NCBI GenBank assembly: GCA_040954595.2
Contig: CM082581.2
Span: forward strand, 1,976,699 to 2,040,698
Reading direction: 5' to 3'
From: Balanoglossus misakiensis
Taxonomy: Eukaryota; Animalia; Hemichordata
Length of the DNA: 64,000 nt
In this document: positions 33,112 to 47,700 of the stretch, in pieces
How positions within the stretch are numbered: the stretch's first letter is position 1
Layout of the letters: each line of letters begins with the position of its first letter
Made by a program: the position numbers and the translations under genes
Notes under the pieces: generated by a model
What the model saw: the letters and a program-made list of their open reading frames with translations, nothing else
Database searches by the model: none
What the model was told of the DNA's origin: nothing

Positions 33112-36100
33112 ATGGCATTCTCGGTACCTCTCGACCCGCAATTAAATGCCGAGCTGCGGACTTTGCTCGAAGAACGCCACGACGAGTTGGTCGAAACATT
33201 TAGTCCGCCGCAATCTAGGGAGAATTCCCAGTGTTCTGTTTCAGCCGATAGTGTACGCGATCACTGCCACCAGGGAGACGACGACGATAGCGATGAAGAC
33301 GAGCCAGTACCTGAAGCAGAGCCAGTCGAATTGGCGAGACTGTACTCTCAGTTACACCCAGAGATGGGTCAAGAAGATCGCGAAGAAGGAAATGACTGTG
33401 ACGCCTTGGATAAGCCATCGGTGGAGGCCGTAATGCGGACTGGGTGTGTTTGTAAACACCAGTGCTACTCGAACTTTGCTGTGGACAGGGTGTGGGAATA
33501 CCGTTTGAACATGTCAGAATTCCAGAAAGACCATCTTGATGTTCTCATCCTTGCAAAGTTGGAACAGTGTGAGGTTCATGGAGAACCTGTCCGTGGTGGT
33601 AAACGTGCGCGACAGTCCTTTGATTACGTCTTTGATGGTCAACGCGTGTGTGAAAAAGTTTGGCTTTACATTCACAACTTGGGTGAGTGGCAGGGTATTT
33701 TTACGTTGGCACCAATGATTTATTTACACGTCGTGATATCCTCATCACACCCTGTGCGAGCATGAGTACTCGAAATGTGGATTGTTAGGTGAATTATTGC
33801 ATCCGATTGTTGATTTTTAATAGATTCCCCACATCACGTAGTTTACCGTAGTGCAGCAGTGACAGTCAATAAAGGATGATGATGTCATCTTTTTCCTCCC
33901 TCACATGACCTTTGTTTACTTGGGGATTTTTCTCAAAGAGTTTTCTAAGTGTCCTGGCCCCCACAATCTTGATGTTGATTTTTTAAGAGAAGACACAACT
34001 TTACAGTAATTTCTTTTTAAATGTGTATCAAACGATTTTGAGAAGATTTAAACTACAGAGAAGTCATTGTTTTGACATAATCTTGGGATAGTATTAGTTA
34101 GTATTATCATCCAATAACTCTAATTATAGGGGAGAAAAGGTTCAAGAATTTAAAGGCCCACTACAAAATCCATGGTGTGGTACCCAGAGATCATGGTCGT
34201 CGAGGAAAACGACCAGCCAATGCCTATTCATTTGAAGTAAGTATTACATTTCTGCATGCCATAACAAATATCTTTAAGAAGTATATTCTTATACCATGTA
34301 AATGTGTATAAGAGTGTACTTATACTTGGTAATAAATTTCATATTTATGGTTTATTATTATCACGCAAACATGTGCTTTTATGTCAAAGGGACAGGAATA
34401 GGTGCTCAGTACAGACAGGTTTCCAGATTAGACAGGGTTCGGTTTATTGTTGCCTTGAGTCGTAACAAAGGCGTCAGGATTTATTATAACACACCATGCA
34501 GCGAACACTCGATCGTGATTCGTCAATACGCCGTCACGTGACCTTAGTCATTTCGAACTGTTCCCTAGGGCATGATTTCGATCGGTTTCTGCCTGGTACT
34601 GTTGCCTGGATGTGGTGTGTGTCATGTTTGGTGTGTTATAAAACACATGATGACTGACATATTCGGGCAACGGTGTATTTTTGATGACCTCGGGACTGCT
34701 AGTCACAACTAAAACAGTCTTGTTTTCCCTATGCCCTCAGTCCCAAGGTCATCAAAAATACACTGTTGCCCTCATTGTCACAGTCAGTCATCATGTGTAT
34801 ACAGTAATACTGTATCTGGGCCCCTCAATATCTTGTCTCCTCCTCCTGACAGCTGCTTCATATGCTGGCCATCTTGAAGTAGTATTTTTCACCCACAGTT
34901 TGGAGCATGCCCAATTGACACTGAGACTTTCACATGGACCCTCCGACATTGAATCAGTGCTCGACCACACACAACATCCACTTTGCAGGATGAGAATAAA
35001 AATCTTGTCAAAATGAATAAATGGTAGAGACCGATTATTCATTTCGGCCAGTTTTTCACTCTCGCATCTTCAAGTGGGATGGAAGTTGTGTTTGGTCAAC
35101 ATTGATTCCCTATATCCACACGTAGAATAACAAATGGTGTCTTGTATCAAACATAATTAATGGAAAAAAGGGCAGTGAGAGAGAGACTTTGTCCCTTTAG
35201 GTGGTTTGCTATCTAACCTGTATATGTGTTCTCAGTGTTCACTAATTTATTTTGAGTGACTTAACTATTCTTTTTTCCAAACAGACAGTGCAAGATGCTG
35301 TTCAGTTCCTGGTCAGATATGCAGATGACAATGGTCTGCCTATGCCAGCTGCTCCTTGTGGTAGAGATGGAAGGCCTCCAATTTATCTTCCATCCTGTGA
35401 CACCAAGGCTGATATGTATAAGAAGTATGTGGAGGCCTGTAATGTTTGTCAGCCAACCAAGCAGCCTGTGGGGGAGACAACTTTCCGAAATATCTGGAAA
35501 TTGTGTGTACCACACATTCAGCGAATGGAACCTCGTACAGATGTGTGTGCCAAATGTGAACACTTCCGGAATGAAATTCAGTTTGCCTCAACAGAAGAAG
35601 ACAAACTGAACTCTAGTATTGCATTCTCAGGACACATTTTGAAATCACAAAATGAAAGAGAATTTCTGAACTTGTGCATTAGAAAGGCACAGGATGAACT
35701 CAGAGACATTGAAGTTCAGCCCCCATGTAGTCCTTGCTCTTATGATTTACATAATGTTCATTATACATTTGATTTTGCACAGAGTTTTCTGCTGCCCCAT
35801 CAGTCTCGTCAAGTTAGTCCACTGTATTTTCTGAATCCACTACGTGTAAATTGCTTTGGTATATGTAATGATAGTCAACAATCTCAAATGAATTATCTGT
35901 TTGATGAGTCTGAGACCATTGGCATTGATAACAGAAAGTGCCATGGTGCCAATAATGTAGTTAGCATTCTTCACAATTATTTTGAGGAGCATGGATTGGG
36001 TGAAAAGAGTTGTCATTGCCATGCTGACAACTGTGGAGGTCAGAATAAAAACAAAACTGTCATTCATTATTTTTGTTACCGTACCAGTACTGGTTAACAT

Positions 36101-36598
36101 GACGAAATTAATTATCATTTCTTGGAACCAGGTCATACAAAGTGCATTTGTGATGCTTGTTTCGGTAAGATTCGGCAAGTGTATCGTAGAAGTGATGTTG
36201 ACACAGTTCAGCAGCTGGCAGACATTGTGTCAAAAAGTTCACGAATAAACAATGTGAAATGTTATGGCAGTCGGAATTCTGATCCCAACTTTCAATGGTT
36301 TGAGTGGGATTCATTTTTTTCTTCATTTCTCAAACCATTGAAGGGAATTCGTGTTTATCATCATTTTAGATTCACCAAGAATGATCCTGGTGCTGTATAT
36401 GTTCGAAAATTAGTCACAGATGATGAAATCCGTATAGATCTGCTCAAAAGAAATGCTACTTGGCCTCCATCACCACAAATAAAACCCTCTGTATTGCCTG
36501 CTGGAGGAATGAGTTTAGCCAGATGGAGAGAGTTACAGAAGGAAATTGTTCCATTTGTCAGACAGCCATTTAGACATGCATTTTGCCCTGAAGAGTAA
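33112..36598 (+). pseudogene. Sola1 DDD transposase, join(33112..33682,34130..34236,35285..36598), one in-frame stop at 36095-36097
   Basis: CVCKHQC, TDVCAKC, YTFDFAQ, HADNCGGQNKNK, PGHTKCICDACFG. Splice phases are consistent. Confidence 0.88.
34481..34801 (-). mobile_element. Hairpin-capped non-autonomous element in the Sola1 intron
   Basis: Inverted repeat TTATAACACACCA..TGGTGTGTTATAA followed by palindrome ACACATGATGACTG..CAGTCATCATGTGT. Confidence 0.65.
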
Positions 36599-39500
36599 AT
36601 CCAAAAACCCACTGAATACTCTTGCATGTATGTAGTACTGAAAATAAATGCAAACTTGTAAATATTTAAATGTTATCTGAAAAAAATGATAGTTAGAATT
36701 GTATGTAGCAATATCAGTGATGTAATGGTTGGAGTTCTGACACTACAGGTAGCCATGGCAACAGTTTAGATGGAGACTGCTGGTAGCCATGGCAACAGTT
36801 ATGTCAATAATGTCATGTAAATATTCATATTTTCGGAGGATGTGATGTGTAGAGTTTTGGCACTTGTGGTGTCTAATAAAATGTATTTTTAAATAGAACT
36901 AGCATCATCTTGTGTGCTTTCCACCCCTATGATATAATGGAATGACAGACACCCCCTCTCCCCCTAAAAAGTTGATTTAGTCAGTACCTACGGTATAAAT
37001 GGATACAGATCTTCCATGTAGTTGGGAAAAGATGTTTGGTTTTTAAACCTCTTTATTGTGAAACAAAAACAGTGAATTTTATTTGTGGGCTGAGGTCAAA
37101 GGTCATATGTCACATTCAATGGGCCACAAATGCCATTTCCAGGTGTAAGTTCATAGTGAGCGGCACACATATGAAAAGAGGAGCACAGGTACTATCAAAA
37201 AACGACAAAAAATAAAAATCTAAAAATCCATGCATAAGGGCCCTTTTCCCTTGCGGCGGCCCATTTCTCGTCTGTCTTTTTTTTTTATTAAGTTTTTGAG
37301 AAGTACTGACAAACTGTCCACAATGAAGCGGTCAAATCCATGGATGATGCATTAAACGAGGTATGACATTTCACCACCCAAAAACAACTAAATAAATGTT
37401 ATTTGATATTTTTATCATGCCACATTTTATCCGTGTGTTCATATAGGCCTAATACATTTTGTTTTTGAATCCAATTTCAGGAAATCGCATCGGAAGACCG
37501 CACCATTAAGCTGGGGATTGAAAATATGAGCGATGCACGACACGGTACATGAAAGAATGCACAAAACTCTGACATAGTTGTACTTGGTGACATGTATGTA
37601 ACAACTTTTCGTTAGAAATAACATTTTCCATCTCTATGGCAATGATGGTTATATGTATGGTAATGTGTTACCCTTACACGCACTCAATCGCATCGCTATT
37701 TCTGTCGACAGTGAGTATTGTGTTTGGCATCAACACACTTCTCCGAACTGACATGACACATGCTTTGACGTATACTGTTATTGTAATATATGGCAATTTT
37801 GGATTAAATTCGAATAACTTTATTTGTAACTATTTTTCTTTGTTTTCGAACCCATAAGTGCATCCATAAGAAGTTGGTCAGGAAGCACGATGACCCGTGT
37901 TCCCAAAGACACGAGATGGTTGGGATCAGGCGATTTTATAACTGGGCTGATGAAAAAGGTAAAACATAGTATTAACACGGTGCTTTCCCATCAGTATCAG
38001 TAAAATCCTTGCTAAATGTTTTTACAAAACTTGAGGCATGTACATGGACCACATATAAAACGATAATTATAATTCTATGCAAGAAAATATGTCACACTGA
38101 CAACCGGCTATTGCAAATGATTAAATTTACAGGGGTTCCAATTTTAGTTCATGGCCACGACAACAACGCGTCTGTAAACAAATTCCTGCGAGAGGAAAGG
38201 CCAGATACCATCAGCAGCAACGACACATGGCATGGTAAGGCTTCATTCTTACTTGACAGGGGAAGGTGTAGCAGCAAAAACACTCCAATTTAGTACATGT
38301 ACATAAGGACGTCACATACATTTTTAGCTGACGACTTTTGATCATCTGTAAACTTATAATTTGAAAGTGAATATGTGTATTCAGGTTTGTTTTCAAGGCA
38401 GAGTTGCATCAATCCAGGCACCATTAATTGATTCTGTTTCATCGTGTACACGTAGGCGAGGAGCTGTAACATCAATGCTTGTTTTTATTTTACAGTTACC
38501 AAGGCAATAGGCCGAGAGATGAAACGAGTAACCACGGGGACACAACGAAACATGAACGTAACCTGGCACCCTGAACTTGCAGATAAAGGTAAAATCACAC
38601 ACATTTTATGTTTTCTCAATCGCAATGTTAAGTTTTCACTTTTGGTCAGGTATCTGTGGTTACGAGTTTCTGTTTCATGTTCAGTTTTATGCGTTGAATA
38701 TTTTTTTTTCTCTTATGCAGCTTTGAAAATGGAGATATTAAACGTAAAGCCATTTCGTTTGTGATAACAATTATTACAAATTCAACTATGTGTTCACCTC
38801 TCCACAGGGGCCAATGTAAAGACACATTGCTACTGGGCCATGACACGGGCAAAACAACACCTTCTGGACAATGGCAACACAACCCGGGCACGAACCGAAG
38901 CAGCGGCGCTAATCCGAAAAAAATTAGACAATATTGTCGCTCATTATCAGGTAATTACCTTTGAATGAAACAAAAATAACTTTTTTGATTAAATAAAATA
39001 GTTGAAAATGTAACCATCGCCATCACACATTCTTTTAAAGTTATCTGTGGATGCCAACATCAGGACAAAACCGTGACTGTGCTTCTTAAATTCCATCAAA
39101 TAGACGGTACATGTTATCTTTTCGATCTGTAGGATAATCACGCTGGGTGTGACCCAAAATCGAGGTGTCGGAATAGCGCGAATTACGAAGCATCGTTCCG
39201 CCCAATCAGGCAATCGAAAGCAGCTGACCTCCTGAGGCATGCAGTTAGAAAGACGCAGCTGTACAAGAAGCCAGAGAATTATGTTGATGTGAGTTTTTTA
39301 AGTATTACATAGCATGAGGTAAATGTAGGTGTGCTTAGCTATGTGTATTGAATGACAATGTTTAGCTTGAAACACGATTTCAGAATACAGGTACATGTAG
39401 TTACAATGTGCAGTGTTTGAACACCACCATGCAGCAGATAGAGCATAGCAGTATTTCTCTCAGGCTTTCTTGTACCGAGATTATGCTGTAGTTTTTGTCA

Positions 39501-42500
39501 GCTATATGCAGACACGATTATGGAAAACCAAAGTCTCTACTCTTTGTAAAGATTTTATTTTATTTTCCATTCTAGTGTAAAGACACACACTATGTTGAGA
39601 GCTTCAACAATGTTGCGCATCCCATTAAAAAAAAAACTCCTATAAATTCAGGAGTGATCTCACCTGTCTGGACTGGGTAAGTTTTATTTTATTTCCGAGT
39701 GTGTTCATGTTTTCCCCATGATAATTTACAATGTTTCTGTGCAAGCTTATCACTGACAAAACAATAAAATATGACGCAGAAGCGAAAGTGGTGTCAACCA
39801 ATACCAGGAAGAGTCGGCGAGGAAGGCAGTACAGGAGGAGGTCTGAGCGCAGGGTATTGACGGAAAAAACAAGTCGTTGGAGGACCAATGTGTGGAGGCG
39901 TTTTGTCGAAGAAGTTTTTAGTGCCTCTCTGTAGAAACCCAGAGACGTATGCTCTAGTGCATACACATACCAAACGGCCCTTATCAGGGCCACCACATCC
40001 TTCAAAAAGAGAACTACCGTAATCACCAAAACACTTCGTAATAAAAAAATTAAAAAGAAATGCACAAATCATTACACAGGCACACATACTCACATATAAA
40101 AGTGAATAAAGAAGTACACTACACACCCGAGGATATGACTTTGGTGTTATTTTAATGTACCATTCATTTTTGTCAAAAACAATCACCACTAAAAGAAAAC
40201 TGCCAAAAATAAAGATGTATCGCATTATAATATGTACAATAATGTCGTCTCTTAAAAAACCTTAAACGGACTCTTGACTTCAGTGATGCCCGGATTTGAT
40301 GAAATATCGAAACGTACGGAAACGCAGAAAGTCAGTCAAAGAATTGTTTTGCTATCAATCACGTGATCTGGCCATGTGACCCACGGCGTTGTCATTTCCA
40401 AGTGACGGGCAAGCAATATTTCGCCATTCAGTAAAAGATTTTTCCAAGTATGTTTTTATTTTAAAAACCGCCAGACACGTACCATGTATCAGGTATAATG
40501 CCTCCACGCTATTGAAGTTGCCCGTCATCTGGATATTTGAATGCTAACGTAACTGTGCCTGAGCGTGCGTGCTGCTGTACACGGGCGCGACAGCTTCACG
40601 AGTGCATATAGCCGCGCCTATAGGCCCATGTCGCAATAGCAATAGATAGGACTTTCTACCTGCAAATCATGACGCACCAAGTATCAAGACATGCTGCCAA
40701 TCATTTATAGTTTTGGTAATTCGACTTGTATTCCTTTCATGTGGAATTTTCGACAAGCATCTGAGCTCCCTTCAAAAATTACCGACGCCACGATCGCGAT
40801 TGTCAGCAATTAAAACAATGCGGACATTTTCGCATCGTTCATTTCCGGGGATCAGTCTAGCTTGAACTGGGTTTGTATCGATGTCGATCTATAAACTTGA
40901 TGATCGCGAATTCAGACATTTCAACGCCTATTTTGAGTAGCGATCCGCTCTCAAGTTGATAGGAAAATTATAGACAGGCCTGTGCCGAGCCGCCCCAGCC
41001 GTGCGCAAGTGGATTGACCGACGCGTGGTACGGTAGCCGGTCATGCATGCAGGATGACTGTTTTGCATGCTGCCGGCTGCGCCTCCAATCACAATTGCTT
41101 GAGGTCAAAGTCTTCATCAAGACGGTCCTGCCTCGCAGGACAAATGCAAGTAAGAATCAATACACGCTGATTTCAGATCATAGTGAGGTGAATACAGCTT
41201 CTTTGTGCGAGATTGCGTTGTAGGGCTTACTTTACAGAGCATTGTCCGAAGTTTCGCGATCGCATTCCAGAGCTTGCACCTGTGCGCGCTTGGGAGAATT
41301 GAGCGTCGAAGTGGTTAGAGCGATCGGCCTCTTGCTTTCCAGTTGACCGTAAACAGTCTCTACTGTACTCGTGTGCAGCTAGACCATGGCACGGCCGTTA
41401 TCGTTATCTGTAATACCTAGCACCCTTTATAGGATTAGCTAAGGTGGTAAACTGTTGTGATTGGAGTGTGCTTTTAACGTACTGTAGGTTAAACATCGCA
41501 ACTAGCCTAATGTTTGACTAGGAGGAGCACCTACTAATGCGAAAACCAGGGATTGAAAATTGCCCCTTTAAACATCGACAGACAAATGACACATTTTTCC
41601 CCCTTTATTTTGTAGAACAGAAGTAAAATGTTCTTGGAGAAGCAAATTTAAATTGTTTTGTGTTCTTTTCACAATTTTAGAAAAATGAAATATGACGACA
41701 AGTTGACTGTAGAAACGGAAGGTTTGGGGTACTTTAGGCACATCACAGATAAATAAACACGAAACGCATTAATTTTTCAGCTGGAAAACTAAAGCCCTAG
41801 GCCTGCCCATCAGTTTCCTCCCATAGACAACCTTCACAATGGGACACCATCCCTGTTTCGTTCAGGAATCTCCCTGGGTTACCTCCAGGGGACGTATAGA
41901 ATGCATTAGTGACAATTAAAACGCCATCGACTTTTTCCTGTATTATTTTGTAATATTTTCACGGAATCTGAGATTGAAAATTAAGTATTCCAACCATCAG
42001 CAATAATTTACTTTCAAAAAATCTAACCGTTGAGAGCTATTTATAGAATAGAGTAATTTTGACATTAAGGCCGAACCCTGTTGTTGAGTATTAAGATTTA
42101 ATTTTAATTTTTCGATTAGTGATCTATTTCTTATGCATGAATGAAAAAAAATAATTGACAGATCTCAGTCTTACAGATGTTTATTTTATCACCATGGTAA
42201 CAACTTCTTATCGGTATATAGAGGGTTGTTTGTCTCGTATCGCGCTACTGATATTGAAAAGTAACCTTCCTAATTTCAACAAGCTGTAAATTTTATAGAC
42301 GTGTAACTCGTGCTCATTTTCTTCTTCTTCTTCTTCTTTTTAATTTCTGTGCCGACGGCTTCAGTGCCCAACGTTCGATTCTGGCAGGTGGTTTCGAAAT
42401 TGGATTGTTGTATATGTGGACCAACGGCTTGTGGTCTGTCACAATGGTGAATTTCTGACCATATACATACAAGTGGAATCGTCGCATGCCCATACAACGG

Positions 42501-44597
42501 CAAGGCCGGGATCCAGCCGGGATCGAGCATTAAACATGAAGCAGACGACAAAAAGTGACAAGACGGGCATCGCGCGTGGCAAAGTGAAAAATATTTCCAC
42601 AGAGCAATTTCAAAATAAAACGTCCGTTAATTCAACAGTATTGTTGTTTTATTTATTTGGTTTAAACACGCGCGACTGTGGTTTTTGCTGCCATATGCTA
42701 GTTCAGCAGGGGCCCGTTTTAGCTCTGCCAGCAGTGCATTATGAGTATTTTAGCATCGCTGGATTGAGCTCTCGTCCAATCAGAATTGCGGACGGTAGCA
42801 TGATATAATATAATACTGTATATATACCATTTATATATTTGCGACAAAATTATGGTCATATATTGCCAAAGAAAACAATGGATTTCAAATAGAATTGTTT
42901 TATCAAATTCTGGATATATTTATTATTTAGCAGCATTCAAAAATGGCTAACGATGCAGTTTTTAATTTATTAAATTCATCCATAAATTCATCCATATCAA
43001 ACACAGAAATGCTGTCTACCTAGGATAGGATGACTAGAACAATCATCTATACAAAGTCAGTCCCCCCAGATCAATGAGAATAAAAAGTGCCTTGCTCAAG
43101 GGCACAAAATCATTGAAGTTTATGCCATTTCCACTCAAGTTGGACTGGAAGTCAAATATGAAGACATTTGTTGGAATTTCTCTTATCTCATATACTTATC
43201 TGCATTCTGATTGTGAGCTGATATGTTATGAGGGATTTTATTCTGAAATTGTTCTTTTTGGTGCTATGGTCTATTTATTTCCTAAGTGTCACATTCCACT
43301 GGAATGAATTGTCTCTCCCATCAGAAAACAGCATCTAGACCCCCCCTGGGGATACCAAATGATGACTCCCTGAGTACTTAACTCACTCCAAAATAAAATC
43401 AACCCAGTGCCAATTCTTCAAACATTTCAAGTAAAATTTGCCTGATAGAAGTTTCTCTTGATGAAAATCACTTGTGACTCTGAAGTGTTGCACAGAAAAG
43501 AACTTGTTTCTTTTTTTCTTTCTTCAAAGGGTGGAAAGTGTACCAGTCACAAATCAACGTCGTAACCAGGGTAACTACCAATTTCATGTCAAAGTTCATA
43601 CATGCTATCCTCTGCTCGCATTAATAGCGATGTTTTGGGCGATTTCTGAGGGAGACTACACTTTCTAAATGCTCAATCATGAAGGTAGCTGTGTTGTGAT
43701 TGGTTATCTACACATTTGTCTCAGTCAGCAACCAATCAAAGCACAGCTTACTTTCCAGTAGTTGAGTGAAAAAAACATTCATTAAGTTGGTTATTTTCAC
43801 AAAGATCAGTCCTCCAAACTCTTCCATGTTTTTGTATTAAAGTGTATATGAAGTCGATTTGAAAAAAAAAAGATTTTCATCACGTTGGTTTCATAAAAAA
43901 ATAAACAATGTTCACCATGGAGTTATAGCGGCCATTTTGAATTTCAAATTTGAGACAATTTTTGTCATTCAAATTTTTACGGTGAATAATTAATCTGTAT
44001 TCTTTGTTTTAAGCAAGAATAATCTAAAGTTGTATTGAGGAGAATATGACTGATTTTGAAGGTGCACATTAAAACCAAACATGAGAAGCAGTAGGAATAG
44101 TTCATGTCTTGTATTGCAATAATTTGGCAGCCCGTGTTCAACTCGGGGGGTGGGGGGTGGGGGGGGGGGGAATGCTAACAATGGACACACATATACACAA
44201 AAGATTGCAAAAGTAAAAGATTTATTTTGAACACATCAAGGATTTTAAAAACCTATAAAGAATCTTTCTGGCTGTGAAGAAGCAGTAAATAATTCATTTC
44301 TCAAGTCCTCATGAAAAAGAACTGTAAAACTGCAGTTATGGAAACTGCATTGCAAGGATTGGTAACAGATAATATTCATATCCAAGATGAGGTCATACAT
44401 GGAATAACATTTAAAGGGACAAAATCTCTCTCTTGCTGCCATTTTTCTGTTAATTATGTTTGATACAAGACTGTGGATATATAGTGAATCAACGTTCGAC
44501 CACCCACAACTTCCATCCCACTTGTAGACACGAGAGTAAAACACTCGTCAAAATGAATAATCGGTCTCTACCGTTTATTCATTTTGGCGAGATTTTT

Positions 44598-44712
44598 GGG
44601 GGCACAAGCGCCCTCAGGCGGCTTGTGCCCCCATTGTTATTGTTGGAATTTTTCTTTATTACGGGCCCAAGCCAAGCCAGGCTTGGGCCCGTATTGGTTT
44701 CGTTGGGGTTTT

Positions 44713-44744
<32 letters not shown>

Positions 44745-47700
44745 TATTCTTGGTTCATTTCTTTCGCGCGCTAGATCTCAGACACCGCTGCAGGTACAGT
44801 TCTCAAACTTGCTACAGTGGTCAAGGTCAATGAGTAGATGTGCAGTGACTTGTGAATACTTAATTAGTCACGTGACATGGCGGCCATATTGGATTTTCTG
44901 AAAAAATGCAAATCTCAGATCTCAGAAACTACAAGTCAGATCGACTTCAGATTTGGTGTGCTGGTAGTATACCCTCTGCCCATCATTTTTGTAATTGGAT
45001 ATTTTGCTGTCAATGTTGTAGTTTTTTTGCTACAGTTGTTTTTCTGAAATCTGGTCAAAATTTCAAAAATCTTCTTCTCCAGAACCGGCGATAACCGAGT
45101 CACGCCGTTTGGGGTATGTGGTCACCTAACTGATGTCTATCAAGTTTGCGAAGATCATTGTGATTGGTCGAAGATTATGGCGGCCATATTGGATTTTCGA
45201 AAAACCATAGTAAAACTTCAAAAATCTTCTTCTCCAGAACGGGCGATGACTGAGTCACAAGATTTGGTGTGTGTGGTCATTAAACAGATGTCTATCAAGT
45301 TTGCGAAGGGGAATGTGATTGGTCGAAGATTATGGCGGCCATATTGGATTTTGTGAAAAACGATTAAAAAGTAAAAATTCCTTTTCTAGCCTAAACATTG
45401 ATAGCACAGAAATTCTTTTTATGGATATGAATCATCATATGACAAGAATAAGCTATAAATATTTTGGTAATTTTGGCAATGACCTTTGACCTACTTTTGA
45501 CGAATCATTTTTCTGCATATCTAATTCCTGGCTAACCAATGGGGCTATAAGTTTGGTTTTTGATGTATGTGGATTTGTATGTGATCAAAAAATTTTGCTA
45601 CTTTTCATGACCCCTTTGACCTCTGGTGACCTCATTAAATATGCGCATACCTAATTAATGATGAACCAATAGACCTAGAGGTTTTGTTTTTGTTATACAT
45701 GGACCAGTATGGGGTCAAAATATTTTGCCCAAATGTTGGGTGACCTCGGGTGACCTTTGACCTACTTTTGCATATCTTGACATCCACACCAGATACAGCC
45801 TTGGCGTTTGGAGGTATGGGGCCATAATGAAAAGCCAAAGTTTTGAGTCACCTGTGACACCTGCTTTACTCATTATTTATGTGCATACCTAATTCCGGGC
45901 TAACCAAAAGGGCTAGATGTCTGGTTTTTGTTTGACATGGACCACTATGGGTCAAAATTTTCTGCCCAAATTTTGGATGACCTCAGATGACCTTTGACCT
46001 ACTTTTGCATATATCGGCATCCAAAGCAGGTACAGCCTTGGCATTTGGAGGTATGGGGCCATAATGAAAAGCCAAAGTTTTGGGTCACCTGTGACACCTG
46101 CTTTACGCATTATTTATGTGCATACCTAATTCCGGGCTAACCAAAAGTGCTAGAGGTCTGGTTTTTGTTGGACATGGACCACTGTTGGTCAAAATTTTCT
46201 GCCCAAATTGTGGGTGACCTCTGGGTGACCTTTGACCTACTTAACACTATATCAACAACAAACATAGATATAACCTTGATATTTCATGGGGATAAAACAC
46301 AGCATTATGTTTCAACTCATTAATTATGTGCATATCTAATAATCAGATCAGATAATAGAGCTTGGGCCCGGACAATGCTGCTTGCAGCTTTAATTATTAG
46401 GGCACAAGCCCCACAGGCTTGTGCCCTATTGGTATTGTTGGCTTTTTAGGGCCCAAGCCCAGCAGGCTTGGGCCCTATTGGTATTACTGGGGTTTTTCTT
46501 CTACTTCTTCTTCTTCTGTCGTTTCTTTAGAGAGGTAGATCTGGAAAACTGCTAAACCTACCAATTTCAAACTTGGCACAATGGTGCAGGCCAATGAGAG
46601 CTAGTGCAGTACCCTTGTGAATGTTTAATTAGTCACGTGACCTGATGACCATATATGGGCAAAATTTTCAAATCGACCTTATTTGCATATGAATGGAGAT
46701 ATCAAAATTCTTTTAGCAACTTTTGCGGACCATGTGGTCAGTGTCCTACATGCCAAATGTCAAGGACATTGGCCATGCCAATTTTGATAAGAAGATTTTT
46801 AAGTATTATTTTTCATATTTTTTGACCAAGCCATGGGTCTATACTTTCCATAGTAAAGCTAAGACCACATATTATTTTGGATAAATATGCATACATATCT
46901 CAAAATCTGTTAGGCCAATCATCTCCAACTTTGGTGTGCAGCTAGCCTAGTATTTGTCAATAATTTTAAGCGAAAAAAAATAGTATGAAAAATCGACCGA
47001 TTTTTTTATATTAATTTTCTTATGAAATTTATACCTTTAATTATACCTCTATGGTTAAGCTATGTCCATGTCTTATTGTGGAATTCTGGTCTGTGCAATA
47101 GTCCTGTACAGTGACTGTCTTGTGGTCAGTGAGCACAATGGCACCAAAATAGAAGGCACAATTTTAGGCTCACCTGTAACACCTGCTTAACTCATTAATT
47201 ATGTGCATACCTAATTCTGGGCTAACTAAGAGGGCTAGCGGTTTCGTTCTTGTGGGACATGGACCAGTACAGGGTCAAAATTTCTTGCCAAAATTTTGGG
47301 TGACCTCAGGTGACCTTTGACCTACTTTCCTATATCTCGGCATCAAGAGCTGATACAGACTTGGCGTTTGGAGGGTTGTGACTAAAATTGAAAAGCCAAA
47401 ATGGGGATCACCTGTGACACCTGCATATCTCATTAATTATGTGCATACCTAATTCCAGGCTAACCAGTAGAGCTATAGGTTTGGTTTTTGTTGAACATGG
47501 ACCAGTATAGGGTCAAAATTTCTTGCCCAAATTTCGCATGACCTCAGGTGACCTTTGACCTACTTTACCGTATCTTGGCATCCAGAGCAGGTACAGACTT
47601 GGCGTTTGGAGGGTTGGGATTAAAATTGAAAAGCCGAATTGGCGCTCACCTGTGTCACCTGCATATCTCATTAATTATGTGCATACCTAATTCCAGGCTA

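Larger units (their letters stand above)
32724..37262 (+). mobile_element. Sola1 DNA transposon inserted in Kolobok intron 2
   Basis: 32-bp TIR GGGTCGCCGCAAGGGAAAAGGGCCCTTATGCA (1 mismatch). 4-bp TSD ATTT at 32720-32723 and 37263-37266, fitting the AWWT target. Confidence 0.9.
31698..39934 (+). pseudogene. Intron-rich Kolobok-type DDE transposase pseudogene (about 11 exons)
   Basis: GT-AG exons ~31698-32229, 32361-32464, 37293-37360, 37481-37544 (SDARHG), ~37859-37958 (CSQRHEMVG), ~38133-38233 (HDNNASVNKF..NDTWH), ~38495-38588, ~38807-38950 (HCYW..HYQ), ~39133-39288 (NHAGC..C), ~39575 onward (THYVESFNN), ~39780-39934. Frameshift in exon 1 and a stop in exon 3. Confidence 0.75.

Noticed and set aside
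29917-41571. KolobokP-style long terminal direct repeats or a TIR pair around the Kolobok gene
   Set aside because: The candidate TTAA-flanked ends (GGACCGAAACGG at ~29921; TGCCCCT|TTAA at 41561-41571) do not match each other, and no long direct repeat was seen.
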